Source: Harriotta raleighana (lineage: Eukaryota). Taken from it: 64,000 bases of DNA. The stretch covers positions 4,175,036 through 4,239,035 of the forward strand of contig JBNZDD010013726.1 of assembly GCA_050575255.1 (NCBI GenBank). Direction: 5' to 3'. Within the stretch, counting starts at the first letter, position 1. Each line of letters begins with the position of its first letter. The position numbers and the translations under genes are program-made. Of the stretch, positions 24,222 to 37,267 are shown piece by piece. Under the pieces are notes generated by a model, which saw only the letters and a list, made by a program, of their open reading frames with translations, ran no database searches and had not been told where the DNA came from.

Positions 24222-25300
24222 TAAGAACATAAGAACATAAGAATTAGGAGCAGGAGTAGGCCATTCGGCCCTTCGAGCCTGCCCCACCATTCAATAAGAT
24301 CATGGCTGATCTTCTGACCTAACTCTAATTACCTGCCCAATCCCCATATCCCTTAATCCCTCTATTTAAAAAAAAATATCTATCAGTCTCAGCCTTGAAA
24401 ATGTTCAAGGACTAAGCATCTACAGCCATCTGGGGCAGTGAATTCCATAAATTCACTACCCTTTGAGTGAAGAAATATTTCCTCAACTCTGTTCCAAAGG
24501 GCTGACCCTTAATTTTAAAAATGTGACCCCTGGTTATAGATTCTCCTACCAGGGGAAACAGTCCCTCAGTGTCTAATTTATCCAGCCCTTTAAGAATCTT
24601 ATATGTTTCAATAAGATCCTCTCTAATTCTTCTGTACTCTGAAGAATACAGCCCTAGTTTATTCAACCTATCCTCATAGGTCAGTCCCCTCATCCCAGGA
24701 AATAACCTAGTGAATCTACGCTGCATTCCTCCAAGGCAAGTATGTCCTTTTTTAAATAAGGAGACCAAAACTGCACACAATACTCTAGGTGCGGTCTCAC
24801 CAAAGCCCTATACAGTTGCAGCTCCTGTGGCTTTGTGGTTAGAGCACTCGCCTTACAAGCATGAGACCTGTGTTTGAATCCAGGCAGATCAGGGCGAAAC
24901 CTTGGGCAAGTTTCCTTACTCCACATGCCTAATAATAATCCCTCCAAAAAAACCACAATAATAAAATTGGTCATTTCAATCCACGACTGTTTGTGGGACA
25001 CTGCTGTGCGCAATTGGCTGCCGCGTTCCGCCTACAAATATACAGTCAATTCACTTTACAGTATATTCTGTGAAGCTCTTTGGGACGTCAATAAGATGTG
25101 AAAAGCGCTATATCAAATGCAAGGATTATTATTATTATTATTGCAGCAAGACTTCCCTCCTCTTGTACTCTAAACCTTTTGAAATGAATGCTAGCATGCT
25201 GTTCGCCTTCTTAGTTACTTGCTGCACCTGCAAACTAACTTTTTGAGACTGGTGTACAAGAACACCCAAATCCCTTTGAATACTAACGCTGTCTAACCTT
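24222..25300 (-). mobile_element. CR1 LINE 3' portion, interrupted by a SINE
   Basis: ORF2 peptides QRDLGVLVH...KANSMLAFI, LYRALVRPHLEYCVQFWSPY, QRRFTRLFPGMRGLTYEDRL, TRGH...FFTQRVVNLWNSLP; (AAGAACAT)n tail at 24222-24243. Confidence 0.93.
24823..25140 (+). mobile_element. tRNA-derived SINE inserted into CR1
   Basis: Full SINE; TTGCAGC at 24816-24822 and 25141-25147 is a target-site duplication. Confidence 0.93.
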
Positions 25301-26295
25301 TTGGAACAAAAGGCACAATCAATTGCTGACACAAATTGTACCAGCATTAGGCAATATCTGACACTGGCTCAGTATATCAGCAATTTTAGAAATGATGTTT
25401 ACTTTCACACATGTTTACTTGGGCATTGGATGTGGTGCAGGGTTTTCATGGGGAAGGGGAAAATAACTTACTTTCTTATGTGTGTTTCCTTTGAACAATA
25501 TTTTGTTATATGAAACGGCAGTTAAGCATTGTTAGTAATTAAATTTAATATTAGATATGTATGATGTGCCCTGAGATCGTGCACACAAGTTTTTAATTAT
25601 AATGATAATCATTACATTTGATATAGCACCTTATCACATCGTCGAGACAACAACAACAAAATTACATATGTGTAGCTTGTACATCTTAAGAGACATCTTA
25701 AAGCACTCCACAGAATATATTGAAAGTGGATTGACTATGCATTTCCTGGGCAAAATGCAGCAGTCAATTGCGAACAGCAGTGACCCACTTAATTAATAAA
25801 CCAAAGATAAATCTACTAGTTCTCACTACATTTCAGCATTTGGCACGTTATTGCTTTATCCAAGTTTGAAGTCCTTCATGGCTCAGAACCCAAATGAATT
25901 ACTAATGTGCCAACGGATGCAGACAGGAACATTCACATCACTTACCTTTGTCCTTATTCAGCAGGACATTCAGTATGTTACGACCCTGATGAATTTATGT
26001 TTAAGTCTGAGGAGGAGCTTGACAGATTCTCACAGGGAATCCACAAATTCAAGTCTAACACCAACTAAGCAAGCTGTCAGCATTCCCTTCTCAAGCATAT
26101 CTTGTTACAATAGATCCTAACCCAAATAATTCTGCTTTTACGTCAACTCAGCAATTGCCAACTCTCTGGCTGATGATAAATTCATGCTATATAGATTCTC
26201 ATGGTTCCATATATCTATATCCTTTCACACAATTTCACCAAAGAGCAATAATACCTTTATTCATTAAAATTAAGATCGTTGATGGGATTATCAAC

Positions 26296-26444
26296 GGAGC
26301 TCCTGTGGCTCAGTGGTTAGAGCACTCGCCTTACATGCCTTACAAGCATCAGACCTGTGTTCGAATCCAGGCAGATCAGGGCGAAACCTTGGGCAAGTTT
26401 CCTTACTCCACATGCCTAATAATAATCCCTCCAAAAAAAACTAC
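26296..26444 (+). mobile_element. tRNA-derived SINE 5' half, cut at an assembly N
   Basis: Near-identical to 3530-3680; ends at N 26445. Confidence 0.9.
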
Positions 26445-28809
26445 NTTGTATACACTATTGAGTGACCTTGCATCTAGAGTGCAAGTTCATCCATCAATCC
26501 TGCTCTTCTGTTTTGAACCTCAGATTCCCACTATAACAATTTTCCACCAATCTGAGTCTGTGAATGCTTAGTAGGCTGTATTATCTGCTGATATCCAAAA
26601 ATGTGATTCAGGGACTGGGTGATAAAATGGACTCCTTTACCTCTGACGCCTACTTTAATACAAATAAAACTGAAGGCAGTAAGGCCTATTTAAATAACTT
26701 TAGCAATTTCATCTTACGTATTACAGTATAAGACTATTAGTAAGATGCTATTCATATACTGTTCTATTCATCTTACTACAATATGTTATTTAGGTGAAAT
26801 GGGGTTCTTCCAGAAATTAACGCAAACTCTAATGCTAGGAAGCAGACCCTGTAAGTAACCTTACCTCTCATTTTTTTGGTCATGACTATCAATACTGATA
26901 GATGCTAAAAACCTAATAGAGATCAATTTCTCAAAAGCTTCATGGAATAGTGCTTCAACAATAACTGCAACAACTCACATTTATATACAATAGAGTACAA
27001 CATTACAATTGTATAGCTCCTTTCACCTTGGGAGGACGTCCCAAGGCACTTGGTCTTCATGTAAGGTGGCTTCTTGGAGCGCTTTAGACAATGAAATTAG
27101 GTAAACTCCATGCTGATAACTTTATTTCAAACAATCTATACAACTCAGTGGAAAGTCATTTATATCTCTGGGCATGTTCACCTGATCTGTTAAATCTTTG
27201 AATGTGATCAATATTTTATTGAACTTACTAGAGAGAATGCAGCCTCACTTCACAGCACCCTTTAGATTATCCCAAGGCTGAGCAATTTCAGGTAACATTA
27301 TTACCTATCTTTCAATTCTGCACACAGAATTATTGCTAGAGATGAGCTATTTCACACAGCTCTTTCCCAAATATTAGGATTCTCCTAATTTACCCAAGAC
27401 AGAACTGTTTTGGGGTAAGTGTTGATACACTGCATCAGCAATGTGTGGCACTCAATAACAGCAAATTATATTTGATTCACGCTTGTCATGTCAGGATTTA
27501 TTTCTCCTCTGAGCTCCTTTCGCTCTTTAAAGGTAATTTGATAGATATATTAATTCCTCAGAAAGAAAGATCTTCCATGTTTAGAGGTTAAATCTCTTTG
27601 TAATTCTTTCTTGAACAAACACCCTGATTCAAATCATTGCTCCTGTATTCTCAATCCTACTTTTAAGACTCAATAAACTTTTATTCCCATTGTCTTAGCT
27701 AAGAATGGCAGGAGTACAACAGAATTGCCTTTACTATTGGAGCTTATTATTGCCTAGAACAATAATTTTTCTATTTATCTTGAGACAATTTGTGTGCTAT
27801 TTTCCTTGGCAGCTCATTGTAAATGAAGGTTTCAAAGGTTCTCCTTTGGTACAATGAGAGTTTGTCAAGTAATACTAGATAACCAGTAAACTGAGGCACT
27901 TGCTCTATTACTCTAAGCAAATCACTAATCAAGTGGGATAGGTCAAATGGTGACCATACATATAAGGAAAGACATCTTTATAGAACAGAGTAATCCAAAA
28001 CAGTCTAGCTTTGGTGTAATTCAGATAATTATGAACTAATTTAGAATGGTCTTGTCTACTTCAGTGGGAGAAAAATGTTCAATAAATTGGCTTCAGCGGA
28101 ATTACCAGTGCCATAATAATACAACTGATATTAGTTAAACAACCATTAAAGCTTCAGTGGTTTTCTCTTGATTAAGAATTAATGCTTACCACAAAGGCAG
28201 CAATTTACATAAGTAAGTTTTACTTGTAAAGTGCATCAAAAAGTTAAGAGTCCATTCACTCTCAGTCTAAATACTTAATTTTACCATCTAAACTCCATTA
28301 CAATGACACCATTGTAAATTGCTGAGTCTCAGAGGGATATAATTGAGCTTGTTCTAATAGAAGAAAGCATTTGGAAATGAAGATTAAAAATACAGTAGTT
28401 GTTTCCTGCCAGAACATATTAGGAAAGTTGATGGTTGAATTGCAATTATGGACTTTAAAGGTTCATATTGTGCTTTTACATTGGGTTGTAGTCATGTAAT
28501 ATTTAATGTTATTATAAACAATTTTATAAATGAGAATACTCCTTCTCAATGACAGGTGTAATCTACATTTGAACACACTTAAACTCCTTAGCAAGAAATA
28601 CTTAAGAAGCTATGCCATATTACAATGCTCTGGGATGCTGAGCGTGCAGAGGTGCTATCGAAATGCAAGTTGTTCTTGTTATTAAAGAAGCAAAATGAAA
28701 GAAGGTGATTTTCCCCAAATTACATTTCAGATAGATAAGAAGGGAAATTAAACCTCAAGCATTAACCAGATACTGTGCTCACTTCCCCCCAAACAATCAA
28801 AAGAAAATG

Positions 28810-29130
28810 GAATGTCACAAAACCTGATCATTTTTCTAATCAAGAGAAATTACAAGTTTTACAAAAGGGCGCAATGGTCAGAATTAGATTTGTTTTCAAA
28901 TTTCATTAGTCTTGATACATTGAATAATGTAATCTTTGGTGAACAGCCTTGGAGTGTTAGATGCAATTAGAAAATTTGTAGATGACATTTTACTTGATAT
29001 AGAAAAGGCATTTGATGGGTAAATGATATTTTGTTACTCTAATATTTAGAACTTTGAGAATGATTAGTCATAGATGGGTAGAGATGTACTTTGAGCTATT
29101 TGTTGCCACAATGGTTTACAAGTATTCTAT
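28810..29130 (+). mobile_element. L1/Tx1-clade RT relic
   Basis: agttttacaaaagggcgc = SFTKGR (cf. Q.GF.KGR) followed by 28990-29016 LLDIEKAFD (cf. LD.EKAFD). Confidence 0.55.
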
Positions 29131-29208
29131 GTGATCTGTATATTACACAACATTACCTGAGTCTCAGTTTGGGGGCTCATTAGAGATTCTAAGAGTGTGC
29201 AAGTGAGG

Positions 29209-29290
29209 GAATGAATCTACGAATGACTGAATCTATGAATGAATGAATCTATGAATAAATGAATCTATGAATAAATGATTCTATGAATAA
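29209..29290 (+). repeat. Minisatellite, about 16-bp unit ATGAATCTATGAATAA
   Basis: About 5 imperfect units directly visible. Confidence 0.85.
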
Positions 29291-29399
29291 GTGTCAAAGA
29301 AAAAAACAATCCCTAACATTAGAGTATGGCCCTAATTCACCCTACTGAGTTTGCAATTTCATCTGTGTCATCCAACAAGTGCTAAACAGTGGCCACATA

Positions 29400-29870
29400 T
29401 TTCACTGCAAGAAGGATGGGAGGAGAAATTGGAAGGTCAGATTTACCAGGATGAATTTCTGCAATTCCTGGAAACTAGCTAAATTATTTTCATCTACAAT
29501 GGTACCTTGGAACATTATCAGAAATCCTAACAGAAAGGAACTGTAAAAGACTGATAATACTATGTATGGTTTTTGCAACAATTTTCTAATTCTCTTGCAA
29601 TAACTTCTGAAAGCTAGAACTAGAGAGTTTAAACAAGGGCACTCTGCATTGGATGAGAGATAACAATTTAGAGAACATTTTGAATTCAACTCATGGAACT
29701 GGTTTCTGAAGTGGTAAATTCTTAATTTAATTATTTTATTATATTTCCTATCTTTTATCAAAGTATTTATACTCTGATAGTGTATGCAGTATTTTAGTAA
29801 GTTATTCTGCAAAAAAAACACCTGTGACTGGAAAAACTTTGACATCTACAAGATTATTGTTATTCTGTTT
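29400..29870 (-). mobile_element. Possible L1-clade ORF2 relic
   Basis: ORF 29402-29845 has NLASFQELQK and FRNQFHE...LAFR segments loosely resembling fish L1 ORF2; weak. Confidence 0.35.
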
Positions 29871-31305
29871 CCCAATAAAGAGATTACATGTATTTATCTT
29901 GCTTTTCTTTGATCCAATCCAGGTTCAAAGCTATCTGTAACTTCTGGAAAATTAGCACAGGCTTGTGTATTCAAGGGAAGCCATTTGGGGGAGGACGTTG
30001 CCTGCTTTTAAAGAGCAATGTGGCTAGTATTTGTTAATCTGAAAGCAGACAAGAAAATAGTGACAGTATATGTAATGTGCATTTCTAACCTATATCATCT
30101 GATTCTGATCTTTATTTGCATCTTTGGTAAGATGTCAGCTTTACTGTCGGTATAGATCATGTAAGGTACACATCACTGAATGATGAACTTTTTGTCCTCC
30201 CAAAGCAAACAAAATGTTTCCACGAAAAACTTTCAGTAAGATATTATTCAGTATATGCTGCATCGATTCACCCTCAAAGCATGACACGTACCATCCAGGT
30301 CTCATGAATATTGACCATCCTCACAAGCTTCTGAAGGGATTTTGCTTGAATGAAAAAAAACCTCCGAGAGAATCTGTACAAAAAGGCCTGCTGCAACAAT
30401 CAATGTATTAATATAGAAGAAACAATCAGGTTATTTCATATTTCAGAATAGCCATAGGCATTAATTTAATTCCATTCTTATTTGACTAGGGTAAGTATCT
30501 GCAGCATGATTGCATCACATGGCTTATTTTAGATAGGGTACTTGTACAATGGGTTTTGATCCTCAATTCACAAAAGCTCAAAACAATTTCCACCAGCCTT
30601 TTTGCCTACTGGTGTTTAGGCTTCCAGTTCATAACCCCCACCAATCTTCTGTCACGGATAGATGATGGTTGATGCCAGAGGGACCACAGCGGCACTCTAG
30701 TTCAGGTAGCAAAAATAATTGCTATTGCTTCTGGCAATGCGACTACATCGTCCATATCTGACTTGCAGATCACTCTCCATTTTCAGAGCTCTCTCTGTTC
30801 TGCTTGCCCTGCCATATTCATGTGTCCTCCATATTAGAGCTCTTAATGTTCATAGTGTTCATTGCAATGGGAAGATAGAAAATAAATCCTCAGTTAGCCC
30901 TTGCCTGAATCATTACTCATTGTATCATCACAACATTTTCGGTGGTGATTCATAACTCTTGGTTCAATCACCAATATAAGCAAATCAAAATAAATCAGAT
31001 CAAAGTAAATTGCTCGTGAATTTTTCTTCCAGGGGTACCATTTTATTGAACTCGTTCTATTACAACTTCTAATTGGATTTTTGCGAACAAATTAGGCAGT
31101 GATACAAGTTGATTACAGTGCATCAAAGCATTGCTTGTGCGTGAGATAATAATAATCCTTGCATTTGACATTGCTACTTAACATTGCATTCGTTTCTTTG
31201 ACTTTATGGAATGGTAACAGATGACCAACAGTGAAAGGAAAATGGCACTGATCACAGAAAGACTGGAAATGATCCACGACCGGAAAAGGCCTTTATGAAC
31301 CATCT

Positions 31306-32580
31306 TCATAGAATCATAGAATTTTACGGCACAAAAGGAGGCCATTCGGCCCATCTAGTCTGTGCCGGCTCTTTGAAAAGAGCAACTCAATCCCACTGCC
31401 CAGCTTTCTCTCCATAATCCAACAGACCCATTCTCCCTAAATAAAGATCTAATTCTCTTTTAAAAGCTGTTATCGAATCGGCCTCCACCATCTTTTCAGG
31501 CAATGCATTCCAGATTCGAACAACCTGTTGAGTGAAAAAAATTCTCCTCAGCTCCCCTCTGCTTCGTTTTGAAACTATTTTAAATCTGTGACCATGAGTC
31601 ACAGATTCTCTGACCAGTGAATACAGTTTTTCCTTATTCACCCTGTCGAATCCCCTCAAGATTTTATAAACTTATATTAAGTCTCCTCTCAACCTTCTCT
31701 GTTCCAAAGAGAATAAACCTATCTTATCTAGCCTTTCCCCATAACTGAAGTCCCTCAATCCTAGTACCATTCTAGTAAACCTTCTTTGCACCCTTTCCAA
31801 TGCCTTAACATCTTTTCTATAGTGAGGCAAAGTAGTCATTCAGTACATCAGTCATGCCCTCTGTTCTCCACAATAAGATTTCCTCTTTGACCCACGAATT
31901 GGCCCCACCCAACCCTTGAGCAATCTTTTACTCTTAATATATTTGTAAAATACCTTCGAGTTCCTTTTAATGTTACTGTTAATTGTTTCTCATGCAATCT
32001 TTTTGCTCCTCTAATTTCCTTTTTCAGTTCTCTCCTGCAGTTCCTATATTCTGCTTAGTTGACCTCTGTATCTTGGGCCTGAAGCCTCCTTTTTTGACTT
32101 ATTTTAACCCCAATTGCCCTAGTCATCCAGGGAGGTTTAGATGCCCTACATTTTATCTGTGTTGGAATGTTTTTGACCTGTGCCCGAGTTATCTCTTCCT
32201 TGAAGACTGCCCACTGCTTGTTAGCTGTTCTACCTGCCAATCGTTCTTTCTAGTCCACCTCGGCTAGATCCCGTTTTAACTCACTGCAATTAGCCTTCTT
32301 CCAGTTGAGTGTCTTCACCTTTGAGTGTTCCTTATCCCTTTCCATAATTACTCTGAATCTATTTATATTGTGATCGCTATTTCCTAGGTGCTCACCTACA
32401 GAAACTTGTTGTACTTGCCCCACCTCATTCTCCAAAACTAGATCCAGCACTGCTTCCTTCCTTGTTGGACTGGAAACATACTGATCAAGAAAGTTCTATC
32501 TCCTTCCCACTATTTGGTGGTCGATAGTATTCCCCTAACAGTGTAACTGCTCCTTTTTTATTCCTTATCTCTAACCAGAT
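31306..32580 (-). mobile_element. CR1 LINE with large internal deletions (endonuclease part plus 3' end)
   Basis: LDLVLENEVGQV...GEHLGNSDHN (APE endonuclease end) at 32250-32450; THGHRFKI...FFTQQVVRIWNALP at 31387-31659; (ATTCTATG)n tail. RT core absent. Confidence 0.9.
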
Positions 32581-32639
32581 AGATTGGTTTTTTTTGGCCT
32601 TCTGGCCAGTCCCAATACAAAATAGAATCTTACCCTACT

Positions 32640-32800
32640 CCATCTCTCATATGCCAAAGTCAATTTCATCACAAAATAGCTACAGTTACTTACACAATCT
32701 TCTTTCACTGCCTCCCTAGACAGGCCATTCCATTTGTTTACCGCTCTCTGTGCAAAGTAATTCAATCTAATCTGTCTGTTCACCAGCTCTCTTTTGAACT
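32640..32800 (-). mobile_element. Old CR1 3' fragment
   Basis: RQIRLNYFAQRAVNKWNGLSREAV. Confidence 0.7.
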
Positions 32801-33299
32801 TGATTCCGACATTAATTTTGTGTCCATTATTGTACTTTGTAACTGCTGCATGTTAAACACATTATAAAATCTCTCTTCTCCCGCGGAACCAATCCCAGCT
32901 CTCAATAAAATAGAATTTGTTCTTTAAAAATAAACGCTGATTTCTAAACATTGTAAAGCGCAGTTATGGTCTTTGTTTTATCCACTGTATATCTATCAAT
33001 ATATTTAAAAGTGAAATCGTTTTTTTTATTATTGGTAATTTTATTATTGGTGGTAAAGAGGCTTTGATCAAGATGTGATCCAGTGAGGTGGGCCGGAGGA
33101 GAAAATTTGATGGTCGTATTCTTGAGGCTCTGGTACACAGAGAATAGGTGTATAAAATGTAACCAAATTGTGTTAATCAGTATGTAATGTGAAACTCAAC
33201 ATGTAACATGTAGTGGAAAAATAAAACATATTTTATCAAGACAGCAATGAAGTCCATTGTCCATGCACTGTGAAACCATTGAACAGCATGAGATGAATC

Positions 33300-33318
33300 G
33301 TGGAAGTCCTATACCTCA
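33300..33318 (+). mobile_element. Detached 5' head of a tRNA-derived SINE (remainder at 33918)
   Basis: gtggaagtcctatacctca aligns to the SINE start gtggagtcctgtagctca. Confidence 0.6.
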
Positions 33319-33918
33319 ACAACAACAACAACAACAAAATTACATTTATAGAGCGCGTTTCACGTCAGGAGGACGTCCCAAGGCGCTGGACAGATGATTT
33401 AAGACCCGAGCAGGGGGAAATGTTCGGGGCGAGGGGGGAGGGGGAGGGTGGGAGCAAGGAGGAGGTAGAGAGTCGAGAGGGGAGCTGAAGGCACGGTCGA
33501 AGAGAAAGGTCTTGAGACCGGCCTTGAAAGAGGAAAGGGAGGGAGCGAGGCGAAGGCACTGGGGGATGGAGTTCCAGAGCCTGGGGGCTGAGCAGCTGAA
33601 AGCCCGGCCGCCAATGGTAGGGCGGTTAGGGCAGGGGATGTGGAGCAGACCAGAGCCAGAGGAACGGAGGGTACGGGCAGGTAGATAGGGGGATATTAGG
33701 TCGGAGAGGTAGGAGGGAGCAAGGCCGTGAATGGCCTTGTAGGTGAGGATGAGGATCTTGAAGTCGATCCTCTGGGGGATGGGGAGCCAGTGGAGACGAG
33801 CGAGGGTGGGAGTGATGTGGTCTCGAAGCCTGGTGCGGGAGAGAACACGAGCTGCAGAGTTCTGGATGATCTGCAGCTTGTGGATGGAGGAGCCGGGAAG
33901 GCCCACGAGGAGAGAGTT
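33319..33918 (-). mobile_element. L2 LINE 3' 600 bp, little decayed
   Basis: Open ORF2 C-terminus NSLLVGLPGSSIHKLQIIQNSAARVL...LHWLPIPQRIDFKIL...GGRAFSCSAPRLWNSIP...FKAGLKTFLF, stem-loop tail, (GTT)n. Confidence 0.94.
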
Positions 33919-34200
33919 CAGTGGTTAGAGCACTCGCCTTACAAGCGAGAGACCTTGGTTCGATTCCAGACAGATCAAGTTTCCTTACTCTACGTGCCTA
34001 ATAATAATCCCACAAAAAAAACAATAATAAATTGGTCATTTCAATTCATGACTGTTTATGGGCCACTACTGTGCGCAATTAGCTGCCGTATTTCACCCAC
34101 AAATATAGTCAATTCACTTTACAGTATATTCTGTGAAGCGCTTTGAGATATCTAGAAAAAGTGAAAACTGCTATATGAAATGGAAGGATTATTATTATAA
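33918..34200 (+). mobile_element. tRNA-derived SINE (portion 3' of the L2 insertion)
   Basis: tcagtggttagagcactcgccttacaagcgagagacc...ggattattatta. Confidence 0.9.
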
Positions 34201-34339
34201 TAAATGAGAGTTTCTTTGAATAAAATAAATTTCAGCAGTAAGAGCTATCTGAACCATACTGTGTACACATATTATAATACGATTGTTTGTGGATGACTGA
34301 GAGAATCCATGAATCAGATGTTCTCTACATGGTCAGACT

Positions 34340-34680
34340 CAGGATGTAGTAGGAACTGTTGATTGTTCATATGTGACTTTGAACAGTCAGAATCAGTAAG
34401 CTAATAACACACAGAGGACATCACAGACAATACTGGTCCTGCCCTTAATTGATGTGATGCACACACTTTAAAGCAAGGGTTGGTGAATAACTATCAGGAG
34501 CATAAACTCTGGTATCTTTCCTCCCACAGAATTTTAGAGCTAATTTAACAATGTCCAAATGCTTTTCCAGCTGTGATCAGCTACCTGATCACTGACTGAA
34601 GACAAAATCTGGAACCTTTCTGGTCTGCATGGTTCAGTACCACACATTGCAGTACATTACCGACTGAACAGGAGAGCTCG
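34340..34680 (-). mobile_element. Ancient AmnSINE2-like SINE
   Basis: Reverse complement reads gtgtggtactgaaccatgcagaccagaaaggttccag...tagctgatcacagc...gctcctgatagttatt...cccttgct...ggcaggaccag...ctgtgatgtcctc, in the motif order I recall for AmnSINE2. Confidence 0.6.
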
Positions 34681-36799
34681 TTGAAAAGCACCTGGTGGGT
34701 TTCTTGTTCAGAGTTTCTACAACAAGTTAACTTTTCACAGACAGGGACAATCTGATATGTTAGCTATTGAGCACTGAATTATGGGATTGAATTTTATTAA
34801 ATCATCTTAATTTGGTCAAGATTCATTCATGACTGTTTGTGAGACATCAATGTGCACAAAATTGGCCACTTTGTTTACCTAAAAAACACAATCACTGCAA
34901 TTCGCAGGAAATCCTGCAAAGTACTTTGAGATGTCTTAACGATGGCAAAAGACATATTCTCAAATGCAATGATGATTTATAATGAGATCATTTAGATTTA
35001 ATATACCGAATTATATCAGCTTCTTGTTAAATTGAGTCCATTGCCTAGCTCACTACTGTATTAACCATATCAAATGTATATGCAGCACAAGTGTTGGATA
35101 TTAATATTAATAAGCCTTACATGCGCTGAATGTATACTAAAAAATTAATGTGAATGATAATTGATGTGTTTAAATTGCCTGCCATGTTTACCCACAAAAT
35201 ACAGTCACTACTTTTCACAAAATATCCCGTGAATCACTTTGATATAACTGTTTGGAACACTGTTGTGCGCAATTGGCTGCCGAGTTAGTTGCAGTTGATA
35301 CAACTGCTTATCACATCTTCAAGCCATCTAAAAGCCCTTTATAGAATTATACTGTAAAGTAAATTGACAGTTTATTTCATGCACTGTATCAATGATAAGG
35401 ATTATTATCTTGTTGTAAATGGACATTTAAGTGGGAAGGTGTTTTTGCCACTTCTGCCAATACCTGGTACAGTACAGTTTTAGCTTCAGCATTTATCTTC
35501 TCTACTCTGCACCAACAATTATTTATTTGAACCCAACCCTCACCAGAGGAACATCCTCAGTTTTCTTGTCTAAAACTTTCCATTCCCCAAACAAACCACC
35601 CCTTATGACCTTTCTGAACAAGTCCGCCAATTTAGTGTCAAGTTATGAAGAGTTTTGTGTCTCGATGCAAATTATTTAATTACTATTCATTTGGTGGGAT
35701 ATGAATCTGAATAAAATCAACAAAACACTGTCTTGAGACACTGAATTGCGCAGCACATGAAAGTCCATGCCAACCCACATGTCAGGAATGAAATGTATCC
35801 CCAGGCCACTTCAAAATGTATGTTGCTGCATTATTGATAGCAATTAAAATAACAGTTGGTGTCAGTAGGCTGCACCTCTCTCGTCCATACCAGCTACTTA
35901 AGATCAGGATAATGTTTAGAACCGTTTACAATCTATTCCAAATAAACTGTTGCGTTTTTGAAAATATACCAACCACATTCTTCAACTTCTTACGTCAGTA
36001 CTTTGGAATAATGAAATAGGGTACAATTCTCCAGTTATTTAAGTCAATGGCAGAGATTGCATGATTTCTTATTGTAATATCAAACAATGATTATACTTTT
36101 ACCCTTCAAGCTCCAAGTAAAAGAAAAACACCTGCATTATTGCCCTAAAGTCTTTGAGTCTAGAGGTTTGGTACTACTATTACTAATATTATTCACATCA
36201 CATTGACTATTACCAAAATTAGATTCAGTCTGTTGTCAGTCAGCATCATTTCGAGCAGTCAATAGTTCCTTGCAATACACCAGGTCTATCATGATGTGCA
36301 GCTTCTGCCAATTCTACCGACTATCACACAGACTGCAGATTCTACTGGACAAACACAACAAAAATTATTTTAGAATAACAATAATCCTTGCATTTGATAC
36401 AGCACCTTATCACATCTATGAGACATGTCAAAGCGCTTCAAAGAATACACTGTAAAGTGATTTGACTGCATATTTTGTGGGCAAAAAATCAGCTCTATGC
36501 AGCAGGTAAGTAAAGAGTCCAAAAGAAGTGTCATGTAAAGTTCTCAGGTAAATTTGATATGCGGCAAAAACATACATTTAATAGTATTCAATCTGTGTAG
36601 GTACTTTTTGTTAGAATCCTTTGTTTCATTTCATAAGTGCTTCACATGTGATCAACATAATGTCTTGAAGAATACCAGTAGATTTTCCTTAAATTTCCAT
36701 CTACCGTTTACTTTACAAAACAGCATTTTATTTGATATACTTACTGATATTGAACTGCCAATTTTAGGTCAATTATTAATAATATTACTGTACTTCCAT

Positions 36800-37120
36800 T
36801 TCATGTAGTTCCTTATCACATTGTCAAAACGTCTCCAAGTTCTTCGCAAGATTTTTTTTGTGAAATATAGAGTCTTGAAGATGTGAAAAGTGCTATATCA
36901 AATGCAATATTATACTATTAATAATATTAATAGCTCTGAAGTGAATTATCCCTTCCCTTTTCGAAAATCTAGGGGATCTTTAACAGGCATATGGACAGAA
37001 TCTTTAACGGAGCTTAATATCCCAGCACTGGAGTAACCCATTAGTCAATGAGATAAAATTCCTGAACTGAATCCTCGAAATTCTACTTCAAAAGTGCTAC
37101 CAACTGAGCCAAGCTGGCAG
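36800..37120 (-). mobile_element. Decayed Deu-domain SINE with SINE-tail fragments
   Basis: cccttccctttt...gggatctttaac...aaagtgctaccaactgagccaagctg. Confidence 0.55.
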
Positions 37121-37267
37121 CACCTGAATCTATTTCCTGGTTTGTTTATTTAATAATTCAGCATTCACTTTGAAATTATATTAGATATCTGCAGTACCAA
37201 TATGTATTACTTCATATATCTCAATATTGAATCCCATTTTGAATTCCTTTCCATGGTTGTTTATTCT

